NCBI GenBank assembly: GCA_039621445.1
Contig: CP154954.1
Span: 48,339,847 to 48,403,846, forward strand
DNA length: 64,000 nt
Origin: Euglena gracilis
Taxonomy: Eukaryota
Reading direction: 5' to 3'
The notes under the pieces are model-generated. The model saw only the letters and a program-made list of their open reading frames with translations, was not told where the DNA came from and made no database searches. The number at the start of each line of letters is the position of its first letter. Positions within the stretch are counted from its first letter, which is position 1. Positions 38,701 to 49,600 of the stretch are shown in pieces. Made by a program: the position numbers and the translations under genes.

Positions 38701-41700
38701 ATATTCCGTCGAAAACGGCCATATTGCCTTCGGCGCCGGGGGGGGTGTGCCATAGCACCCAGCCCGAAGCTGGATTCCTCCAGGGGGGGGGGTCGAAATG
38801 CCCTACCTCCCTGTCTGCTCCCAGCACCTGGAATCTGTCCACCGGCAAGTCGCCAAGAACCTGGGACCCTGGCAGTGGACCACAACGGCACCTCACACTG
38901 TTTGGGACAAATACGCACTCCGTTAACTTTCCCGGGTTGGGATCCCGTTTGTGAATTGCGGGTAACGTCCCACCCCTCCGTGTATGGAATGCCTCAAGTC
39001 AACTTTTTGAGAGGGAAGCCGACGGCAGCCACACCTTCCTCAAAGATCAGCGTCCCGGCCTCGAAGGTCACCTCCTGCAGGGCGTCGATCATTAGGTGCA
39101 GCTCCAGGCTGTCCATTTCGCTGAAGAGGTAATTGTCCCGAAGCGCCTGGGCCACAACGCAGAGCGGCGACGATAGGAGGCCGTGGGAAGCAGGGAGCAG
39201 GGCTGATGCCCGGGGAACGTTGGCAGTGCCTCACCACCGTGAGGAAGGACGCGGTGGGTCGGCCCGTTCCCGATGATTCGGAAAAAGGGTGCAACAAAAA
39301 CGGGCGATCAACGCCGGAAAAAATGGTTCGGATAAACGGCAGTGAAAAAGAAAAAGTGCACCAATAATGTTAATATTTTTGATAATGATTTTGCATTTGA
39401 TAAAGACACTGGTGCCTGCTCAGGGGATTTCACTCCGTTAAATGCCGAAGAAATGTTTCCTTCAGTCGGAATATCTCCGGCCGTGGCCGGCCACGGCTGG
39501 CCACAGATCCAGCCGCGGATGTTGAACCTGAACACTGAAAAGCACTGCGACAACAGTGAGTTCTCAAGAATGTGGCACTTGTGACTGCAATGGGTGTCCA
39601 TATTCGTGGTAACTTGCAGCACCCCAGTAACCCCAAAAAGCCGCCAGCGCCTCGCTCAGGACCCCACGTTTGTGACCCAGGTGCAGGTGGGCGGCTCTTT
39701 CGGTTAACTGAGGCCAATGCAACGACGTTGCCCGGCAATGGTTCAATTTGTGTTCATGCGGATTTAGCCGTAACCCTTCCTTCACAAAAGAAACTCATCA
39801 GAGCGTACACGGTTCAGGGGTTGTCTGAAACCACGGATGATGGCGATGAAACAATGGCCAGCTGACTGCGGCTGGCCGTGCCCGAAGGCGATGCAAACAT
39901 TCCACCCAGTGAAAACAGATGACAAGGTGGTTGGGTCGCCAGCTGCCACCAACTCGGATGCAACATCCCACAGCCATCTCCCCAACCCAGGCACGCACTA
40001 CACCCGCCTCCCTGGCAGTCTCGAAAAGCTTTAAACATTAAAAAAAATTAAATTAAACAAACAAAACAGAAGATATATCCAAAAAAAAGAGGCGCCACCC
40101 CACTGAGAGCTCAGACAAAAAGACCGGAATGATAACACCATTGGCTCATTCTGGGGAGAGAGTGAGGTCAATGGAGGAAATTTTCCCAGGAGAATTTTCG
40201 AACCACTTTGTTGGCTTCAGAGAAAAAAATTTGTCCTCTGTCCTCCCACTTCTGTCCTCCTTCCCTGCATATGATTTAGTACTGGTCCGTTCCCCTCTTT
40301 CAAAAAAAAACAAGAGGAGATAAAAAGATGGAATTTGTTACCTCCCCCCCCCCTATGTCCAACGACCGGTAACCTCTGTCCTCTGACCGGGGGGGGGGGG
40401 GGCAGTCGTTGGACCCACCCTATGTGACCAAAAAGGTGTCCTCTGACCGGGGAGGTGGTCGTTGGACACGGGGTCGGGGAAAAAAAGTTTGCCGAAACCC
40501 CCCCAAGCAGGTCAAAATTTTCTTTCCGGCGCTTCGCGCCTCCATTTCCAGCCCTGTCAACAAATATTTCCTCAAATAGCACCCAAAACGTACCTTCACG
40601 CCGCGGGATTTCACAAAAAAAAACAAAGATACCCAGTCGACAGTCCCTGCATTCTGGTGTCCTCTGACATTGGACATAGGGGGGTCGTTGGACATGGGGG
40701 GGGGTAAAGACAGACAATCCCCCTGGTAGACAATCAAACCCCCGGACCCCCGGCCTCCGGGAAGCGGGGGGGGCATACGTGCAGGCACCTATGGTCACTT
40801 CCCATTTTGGTGCCCTGGTCGGCGCTGGTCGGCCCTGGTCGGCCCTGGTCGGCCCTGGTCGGCAAATAGTCGGCCATAGGTGGGGGTATCCTTCACAGAA
40901 AAAAATGTGAAGGGATGCAATGATTTTCTGAATTGTCTCGCCAAGATCAAAAGGAAGTGCCCCATAAGGCCTCCATTGGCTCCCCAAAAGCAACCAAAAT
41001 GACCTAAAAATGGCTTGAAATAACCAAAAATTACCCCAAAACGCCAACAAAATCCACAAAAGATTGTGAAAAATAACCCAAAATTACCAAAAGGGAGCAA
41101 AATGACATATGCCAAAAGCCCATTTCCAAATCCGGTGGCGCCCCACTGGCTGTGGTTGATATGGGTGTAAAACCCAACAAAGTAGTTAGAAATACCCTTT
41201 TGCTCAAAAGCATCCAGAATCACCCAGCATCGCCCAGCAACACCCTGCATCGCCCAGCATCGCCCAGCATCGGAACCCCACCTCTGGTCTCCAAAAATCC
41301 AGCATCACCCAGCATCGCCCAGCATCGCCCTGCATCGCCCAGCATCATCAAGAGGTGCTTGTTCCAGAGGGAAAGCTGCCGAATTCCTTCATCCATTCCC
41401 CTTCGGTCGGCCAACCACATGCAAGTCGGCCCTAGTCGGCCCTGGTCGGCCCTGGTCGGCCCTGGTCGGCCCTGGTCGGCCCCGGTCGGCCGTAGGTGCC
41501 TGCATACGTGGATGAGAGCGAAAGTGTCGTTGGCGGACTTGGGGAAGGCGGGCAGCTTGAGAGAAAGCGGGGGGCGGAGGCTGGCGATCTGCGCGATGAC
41601 CTCCGTGCGGCGGGCGACGGGGCGCGGCTCGAAGGCGGTGGCGGCCTCCTCGTCGGAGTCGGTGGAGGCCTCCCCGTCCTGAAAGGCAGACCGAGACCGT

Positions 41701-42129
41701 TCTGAACCGCCAAGGAACGAGGGGCGCATAGTCTTTGCCCTGGGCGGGTAGCCCCCAAACAGGTGTTTTCTTCGGACCCCCCCCCCCAAAAGACGTCATT
41801 AGAGTCGAGGTTTTTTTCGGTGAGGGAAAACGTTGAGAGAAGTACCGTCCCATAGAAAGAAAGAAAGAAAGAGTTCACTCCAGAGCGTCGCTCAACCACC
41901 CCACTCAGAGACGGCTGAAAAGGTTGGGCTGACACGAAAAAAGGCCGCTGGCTGACCCCCCCCCTGGCTGGCACTGGACGCCCCCGGGTCCAAATCCCGC
42001 CCGGCACCAAAGGGGCGGGGAGAGAGGGGACACCCAGAGGCAGTCGCCCAGCCGGTACTGCGCCAGCCCCGCCGCGCTGTACGCCTCGTCCTCGACCGCC
42101 ATGAAGGGGGCCGAGCCCCGGTCACTCAT
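29231..42129 (-). CDS. cAMP-dependent protein kinase regulatory-subunit-like protein with two divergent cNMP-binding domains
   Basis: Exons 42129-42034, 41678-41508, 39146-39035, 37046-36994, 36887-36837, 36553-36493, 36294-36182, 35327-35286, 35193-35146, 33513-33433, 33034-32945, then less certain exons near 30635-30485, 29890-29820 and 29248-29231. Translation includes ARRTEVIAQ...FPKSANDTFALIHALRDNYLFSEMDSLELHLMIDALQEVTFEAGTLIFEEG...WFYVIMEGQCESHVNGTFVRVLGPGQALG and a second domain ...AAYLVLQGFATV...LIGENEFL. Confidence 0.8.
31470..31791. mobile_element. MITE-like repeat (AAAAAACCAGTCAGTCACT family)
   Basis: TIRs CCATACCATTGCT / AGCAATGGTATGG; central hairpin GGCGCC-TTC-GGCGCC at 31636-31650; no TSD recognisable. 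Confidence 0.75.
35194..35285 (-). other. 92-nt nonconventional intron (PKA-R-like gene)
   Basis: 5' CCC-CAGGGCCC ... GGGCCCTG-CTCCCC 3' (N3/N6); join LVEAF-DRVRLQPEDHLL. Confidence 0.8.
36888..36993 (-). other. 106-nt nonconventional intron (PKA-R-like gene)
   Basis: 5' GCG-CCGGCC ... GGCCGG-GCACG 3'; join restores the cNMP-type strand FYVIMEGQC-ESHVNG. Confidence 0.75.
38113..38566. mobile_element. 454-bp hAT-like MITE (intronic)
   Basis: TIRs CAGGCTTTTGCTTAAGG / CCTTAAGCAAATGCCTG; perfect 8-bp TSD ACCCCCAC; internal CTAGCTAG motifs. Confidence 0.9.
40341..40704. mobile_element. TA-flanked MITE (Tc1/mariner-type TSD), copy 1
   Basis: TA|CCTCCCCCCCCCCTATGTCCAACGACC ... GGTCGTTGGACATGGGGGGGGG|TA; internal TGTCCTCTGACCGGGG repeats. 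Confidence 0.8.
40782..41502. mobile_element. 721-bp hAT-like element inserted at a GT splice donor
   Basis: TIRs CAGGCACCTATGG / CCGTAGGTGCCTG; perfect 8-bp TSD CATACGTG (40774-40781, 41503-41510); subterminal (GCCCTGGTCG)n and internal (CATCGCCCAG)n repeats. Confidence 0.92.
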
Positions 42130-42511
42130 CGTGGGGGGCGGGCCAATGGCCGGGAGGGAGCCCGGGCCACGGGCTGGTACCTGCGGGGAGCCGGGGGTCA
42201 CGGATCGATGCAAGGGCAAGTGGGGGCAACTCCCCCGTCCAGGAGGGGGGTGGGGGCTATGCCCCCCCCCCCCCACATACAGTGGCGAGGCCGGGGTGAC
42301 CGATTTTTGGCTGAGCGCGAAGTGCGGGGTGGAAAACTTTGCCCCCCGCCCGCCCCAAAAATCGGCCTCAATGCCGTTTTTGTTTTGAGGCAAGTAATTG
42401 CAAAAATCAAAACAGAAAATATATGACCTTTTGGAGGAGGTCCTGGGTACCCCCCGGTGTCTGGTCCAGACCTCCCTTTGGTTCCAAACTGTGGTAGGCA
42501 CCCACTTCCCA

Positions 42512-42789
42512 CATAGATTCACTTAGTGGGGGAGGACATTTCTCCCAGGCCCAAAACCCACCCACCCACTTTTTTCAAAAACCCACCCACACACAAACCC
42601 CCAGGGGAGGGGTCAGACACCCACCCACGCACCCACCCAAAATCATGCCAAAACCACCAAAAACACTGAAAAAATTATCTGGCTGGGCAAAAACCTGACC
42701 CATAACGCACCCGGGGGGGTGAGGCGCACTCTTGAAAACGCACCCACCCCCCGCGGGGAGGGGTCGCACAGGTGTTAAGTGAATATACG
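42512..42789. mobile_element. Intergenic copy of the CATGG-terminated MITE family
   Basis: CATAGATTCACTTA ... TAAGTGAATATACG with an ACCCACCCACCC-rich core, as in 14373-14629 and 51621-51900. Confidence 0.7.
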
Positions 42790-42844
42790 GTCTTGAAATA
42801 AGGCCTGGGTTTATTTTAATCATTGATACAGTGATGCAGCCTCA

Positions 42845-43201
42845 CCTCCCCCCCCTTGTCCAATGACCGCTAAATATCGCTACTGACCGGGGGGGTCGTT
42901 AGATAAGACCGGGGTCAAAAAAAATTTTTCTCCTGCTTCGCTTCAAGGCGAAAAAAAGTTTCCTTTGCCTGACATGGCCACAACTCTCCGCTTCATGATG
43001 AAAAAAGGGAGAAACATGCAGCAATCAACAAGGCACCAACACATGGGAGAACTTGTTGATCAGGTTCAAAATCAGCCATGAAAGTTATTTTAAAAAAAAA
43101 GGCTGGAGGTAAGAACGTGAATCACCTGGAAAAAGATCGCTACTGACCAGGGGAGTGGTCGTTGGACAAGGCCGGTCGTTGGACAATGCGGGGGGGGGGG
43201 G
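42845..43201. mobile_element. TA-type MITE, diverged copy 2
   Basis: CCTCCCCCCCCTTGTCCAATGACC ... GGTCGTTGGACAATGCGGGGG..G|TA. Confidence 0.65.
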
Positions 43202-44199
43202 TATGACTTATGACATTTGAAAATGATTTTTGGGGGTTTTATGCTTGTCGATGTGCAGAGACAGCCGGTGGGATGGGGGGTCAGGAACCAGAGTAAATTT
43301 TAAGATATGACGCCAAATTTGCCCTGTACACTTTCTTCGAGACAGGTCAGTACACACAAAAACACTGGAACTTATGAGAATAGGTTAGCCCTGATGTGTG
43401 CGAAGGTGTGCTCAGAAGAATGTGCTTTTTCCAAGGACTGGATATGATGTGTGTTATTTGTTGGTGCAATGCCCATCAGGTTTTCATTTTTTTGCGGTTT
43501 GTGGCCCGGGGGGGGGGGGGCTATCCTGGCCCCGATCCCCCAGGAGATGGGTGTTGGGCCGAAAGGAGGGACATTTTTTCTCTGCAGCGCCAAAAACTGT
43601 ATTCGCTGAAATGTGCCCGCCCTCTGGCGACGGTAATGTCCATTGCAAAGGCCTTCCCATGCCGCTCCGTCCAAGTCCCCCTCCAGGGTCCATAAGACAG
43701 GAGATGAGGCAGGGGTCCAGTGCAAATGGAGCTGTGCACAGTGGAGATGGGAGGGGAGGGCGATTGTTGTGGGGCTGGCTATGTTGTAGTGTTCTATGCA
43801 AAGAGAGCCGGGGGGGGGGGGGGGAGTGCGAATCTGGGGGCTGTAAACTGTGGTCAGTCAGGGGAACGCACAGAAGGTCAGCTGGAAGGGATGGAGGGCC
43901 CGGTCACAGGGGGTAGAAATGCCCCGCTCCACCGACGTCGCGAACCACCACATTGGGTGGGGGCCACTCCACGGGCAAGCCAGCACTTCCCATGCTGCGC
44001 CTGCCGATTTTCCCGACGCCGCGGTTGCTTGGCACATCGTGGTAGGGATCCGATTTTCCCGGATTTGTGCGCAACCGTGCCTTTCCCACCATCACCCCCC
44101 CCAAACCCAATGAACACCAAGGTGACAATCTAGACGGTCCGAACACCCCCTGTCATTGGGCACGGGCGTTCATTGGGCATGGGGGGGGGGGTACCATCA

Positions 44200-46614
44200 C
44201 CCCCATCGCCAGGAGGGGCCCCAGCGGGGTTGATCTGGCGGATGATGCTCCACAGGGTGTGGGTGCCGAGGGCGATGTCGAACGTCTCGTCGCTGGTGGG
44301 CAGCGACCCGCCGTCCCAGCACAGGTCCAGCTGCTGCAGCGTCGGCCCAGGCCGGCCCCAGGCTGGCCAGGGGGCGATGAGGGGGGAATCCTCCTTAAAG
44401 CGCCGGGCCAACCCTTTTTACCCCAAAAATGACCCAAAACCGCCATGGGCACTGTCTGGGCAACGTTTTGTCAGACTGCCCAAAATATCGGCACAAAGTG
44501 ACGGAAAACTGAATCTTTGAGGCAGTCCCCCCCCCCCCGGCCGGAAACCACCCAGCGGGGGGAAGGAGGCCTTGCGAAAGGGGCTTCAGACGGTCGAAAC
44601 CACCCCACCCTCCTTCGTGCCCAACCCTCTGGGGGGATGCAAGGTCCTTGTGGCCGAGTTGTGCAGAAAGTGGTCTTTTCCAAAGTGCATCCAACAGGAA
44701 CGTTGTTCTGCGTTTGTGGGGCAATGAGTCCAGCACTGTGCGCGGTACATTTAAGAACAAAATGCCTGCCCAGCCTCTTCCCCACGACCACGTCGTCTGC
44801 TGTTCTTTAACACCTCGCCAAACCGTTCGTTTGGCGGTTCCTTTCCTCGGAAAGAAGCCCGTTTCCCACTCAAAACCGAGGCAAAAGATTCGCCGCAGCC
44901 CCGGCCCCGGGGGCCGGCCCGGCGGGAGAGAGCCCACGATGTTGAGGAGCTCGGAGGTGGTGCTGAGGATGGGCCCGATGACGAGGTGCTTGATGTGCGT
45001 GGCCTCCAGCGCCACCGCCTGGCACACCGCGGAGTCTGCGTCCTTCAGCCCCCGCCAGGCGGTGGCGAGGCGGCACCGCAGCCACACACAAAAGGCGGCC
45101 CAAACCTGACCCAAGTTGCTCAGTGGGTCTTCCCAAGAATTACTGGGGGGGTGGGGGTCCCTGCTGGTCTGAGTACGCAGCCACAACAACAAGCAGTCAC
45201 GTGGAACATGATGACTTACGTGGACATGAACACAACACATCGCACACACGGACACCACACCACACCACACCACACCACACCACACCACACCACACCACAC
45301 CACACCACACCACACCACACCACACCACACCACACCACACCACACCACACCACACCACACCACACCACACCACACCACACCACACCACACCACACCACAC
45401 CACACCACATACAACACAAACAAACACAACACAAACATGCACGCACGCGCACACAACATGCACACACTCAACACACACTCATCACACAACTAGAGGCACC
45501 GTCACACTGCTGCTCATCAGATATCCTCATCAGATAGGGGTGAAACGCGGTCTGGGGCTGATGGACACAGCCTGACCCAAGCACTGCCAGTTTGTGTAGA
45601 TTTGCCGGCAGAGGGACACCTTGCTTGAATATTTTGTGCAGTTAGCCAAATAAAATGGTTCACCAGCCTACTGGATAGAAGCCTCAATCAGCACACCATA
45701 AACCGAAGCCAACGTCATGGCAAAACATCACACACAAATGAAATATTTTGAGAAGAAAAAAAAAGAAAAAAAGAAGCTGCAGAAAAGCGCAACGGCTCCC
45801 AGGGCGCACAGAAAATGCAGTGGCTCTCAGGGCGGAAACTTGTGCTGGAGGTCCTTGAGCACGGCACTGGTCAGGGTGTGGATCGGCCCGTGGCTGGCGT
45901 GCTTCCACACGTGGAGGTGCAGCCACTCCAGCGAGGGGTAGGGGTCGGTGGGGGGCACCACGGAGAAGAGGGTGTCGTCCACCTCAGGACGCAGGCCGGA
46001 CCTGCAGGTCGCCGGCCAGCATGCAGCCACGCACATGCATGCGCACATGCCCGCGTGACAGAGAAACCCACATGTGTGCACGCACGCACACACCCACCCA
46101 CCCACACAAACCGCAAACACACACAAATAACAACACACACCAAACGCAACAGAGATTCGAGTGCACAAAGAAAATGAGCGCGTTCACACGACGTGGTTGC
46201 AGACATGTTGGGTCACGGCCTGGAAAGTGCCTCGGCCAAGGAAGTACAGCTCCAGGCGGCGCAGGCCAAAACAAGTGCCAAGCAGGGTGTGGACGAACTT
46301 GTTGGTCACCTCCCCGAAGAGGACACACGCCTGCAGCCGCGAGAAGCGAGCGATGTTGGAAGCCAGGATGGTTGCTCCCAGCGGGCGACCCAAAGAGGTG
46401 TTGCGAACCAACTCTCACAAACACCTTTCACCACGGGCAAACACAACCAAACACACCCAACACATCACACACAGAGAGAGAAGGACAAAGATGCACACAC
46501 AGGCACACGCACACATGGACACGTGCACACAGATGAGCAATACGCATAAGCACCACATCCATCTCATAAACAACGCACGTGCACAGAACACAGGCACACA
46601 CACAGACACACACA

Positions 46615-46654
<40 letters not shown>

Positions 46655-49600
46655 CAAAGAGAGATACAGACAGACAGAGAGAGAAAGAAGACACACATGG
46701 GCGCGCATGCACACTGTGGTTGGACAGGTCGCTGGACAGGGAGGGGAAAGGATACTGCAGCAGGAGGAATGGTTCTTGTAGGCTGCGGTAGCTGTCCCAG
46801 TGCTCCTCCCAGCCCACACTCTCGATGCTGATGCTTTCCAGCGACGGTGCCGGAAGGCCAACTCGGTAGCTTTTGATGGTGACATGAGCAGCATGAGCAA
46901 TGTGAGCATGCTGGACATATGAAAATAACATCAGATCCACTCGAATCCACTGGACCCAATTTTGAAAATATTTTTTGCTTGCATCACATTGAATCAACGG
47001 AAAAAGGTTTGAAGACAACCTTACGTAGGGCTGTTCGGGAAGGTCTGGGGGTCTGGACCCACTCCACCAAGGCAATTCACAACGGAAATTCCTTTGGTTC
47101 CGACCAAGGGCTTTTTTAAGACTGGGGGGGGAGGGCCCCCGCCCACCCACCCACCAGGGTCCCCTGAAAATGGCCAAAAATCGCGAAAAATGCTAAGAAA
47201 TAGCACCTTTCTCAAAAATTTTCGGTGCCAAAAAGTATATCCCACACCCCCCCCCCTACCCCCCTGGGGGGACCCCCCCGGGGGGTGGGGGGGCTCGGCC
47301 GGACCCATCCACACTACCCCCCTCCCCCCGGAGGTCCAAGGCTTAAAAAAAAAAAACCCTGGTTCCAACATACAAAAAAAAGCTGTCGGATTCAGCAGTA
47401 ATTGGCACAGGCAGGAAAAAAATGACAGTGACTTGCTGAGGGGGAAAAAAGCGAAGGCACCAAGGACACACATGCTTCCCCCACCCCAGGGGAGGGGGAA
47501 GTTGGCCCCAATAAATTCGAAAATAAATTTTCGTGAATCCGTAAGTCCGTAAATTTTCCACTTTTGGGAGATCAGTCCATTCCCCTGAGAGGTTGGCCTC
47601 GGGCCTGTCCTCGCCAACCCAGCCTGACAGGGGGTTGGCCTGCCCCTCTGTACTCGCCAACTTGGCTGAAGCCAACTTCCACCCTTCCCTGGGTGGGGGG
47701 GGGGGTACAGAGAGCCTTAACACCCCAGAGACAGCCTCCCGGGCGGCAGGCGGGTCAGGAGCACGTCCAGCGCCGCGTCAGGCAGGCGGGGCTCGGAGTG
47801 CTGGAGGAACGCGGCGGTGTACGGCCGCAGCCGCAGGCACTGCAGCCGGGGGACGCTGTGGGCGATCCGCTCGCAGTCCGCCCGGGAGAAGGCGCACGGC
47901 GCGGAGATCTCCAGCCGCTCCAGCTGGGCCCATGGCCGGGGTGATAATATAGTTTGTGATACATATGATAATAATTCATGATACGCGTCTCTCTCTCTGT
48001 GTGTAATAAAATGCTATGTGCACACACACACATAGTATATTGTTATTGTAGTATATAGTATATTACACATAGTATATTGTATATTGTTATTAATATATAA
48101 TATATATTAAATTGTAACACCATATATGGTATGTAGAGCGTGGTATAATGCATACAGACAAACACTCTGTGGATATGCACAAATGCGCAGACAGATCCTC
48201 TGCAGGAAGGTGTGTTCTGTCAAGCTTGGCTTTTACCCTCCCCCCCCTATGTCCAATGACCGGTAACCTCTGTCCTCTGACCGGGGGGGTGGTCGTTGGA
48301 CATAGGGTAGTGACCAAAAAGGTGTCCTCTGACCGGGGGGGTGGTCGTTGGACATGGGGTCAAAAGAAAATTGGTGGGTACCCGGGTCCCTACCCACCCA
48401 AAAAATGCCCAAATTTTCCCTTCCGGCGCATCGCGCCGAAAATCTTGGGCAATTTTGACAAATTTTTGTCCAAAAAGTGTCAAAAATGGCATTTTGGCCA
48501 AAATTTGGGCAAAATTTTTCGTCCCGGCACTTCACGCCGGGACCAAAAATTTGGTCAAACCTCCGAAAAGGTGTCCTCTGACCGGGGGGGTGGTCATTGG
48601 ACATAGGGGGGTCGTTGGACATAGGGGGGGGGTATGAAGTTTTTGTATTTGCATCCGCTGTGCTTTGCATGTGAGAAGAAGAAGTTTGCCTCCTCATCGA
48701 CCTCACCCCAGAATTGATGGTCCACAGACAGGCCATGTTTGGGGTGACTGGTGGATGATGTGCAATATGTCGCGGAACAGAGGGAGGCGCTCCGATCTTT
48801 GGCAAACATCAGCAAAACCAAGCAGGTCTGCTGACATTATCTTGAGCAGTTTTATACGGCCCAAACCAGGGGTCACCGGCACTGCCACGGGAGGGAAAAG
48901 CAGCCGGCAACCTCCTGGGCACAACACTCCCCAACACACCCCCAAGACAGCACGCCGGAGCAGACAGGGGAGCCTCGGCGGGAGCACCGCACCGGAGGGG
49001 ATGGCGTGGGGGTGCTCGGAGACGCACAGCTCCCGCAGCTGCGGGAAGGCGCAGCACGCGAACCGCGACCGCGCGGCGGGGGCGACGCAGCCGACGTTTT
49101 CGATGTGCAGCACCCGGAGGGCGGGGGCGTCCCGGCCCTGTCTCTCCAAGGTCCATGGCCCGAGGACCCCCACACAAATATGGGATTATGAGGAGGGGGC
49201 AGGTGACCTCTCAACTGAAATGGACTTCGGGCGTTCGATGGCGCCAGGATGCTTCAGTCGCTCATCTCCCGGCAGAAAGGGAGCGTCTAGGGAGGGCAGC
49301 TGAGAAACTTGAGTTGAAATCTGTGGCATGCAAAAGGGTTGGTCAGGAATGCTCCCCGCTCATCGGCATGGAAACCAGCAGCTGGAAGGCTGTTCGATTG
49401 GTGACACATCACAAGGAGGGCAGTGTGGGGGGGGACACCTGAGGTTGACCCCCAGGCGACTCCAGTTCCCTTCTCATGTCGCGGAAATGGGAGGGGGGGG
49501 GCCGAGGGTCGGGGCGGGCGGCGTGCGAGAGGGGCGGCAGCGCCTCCGGCTTGGCGGGCACCGGCGGCCGCGTGAAGCGCACGCCGCCGAGGCGCAGCTC

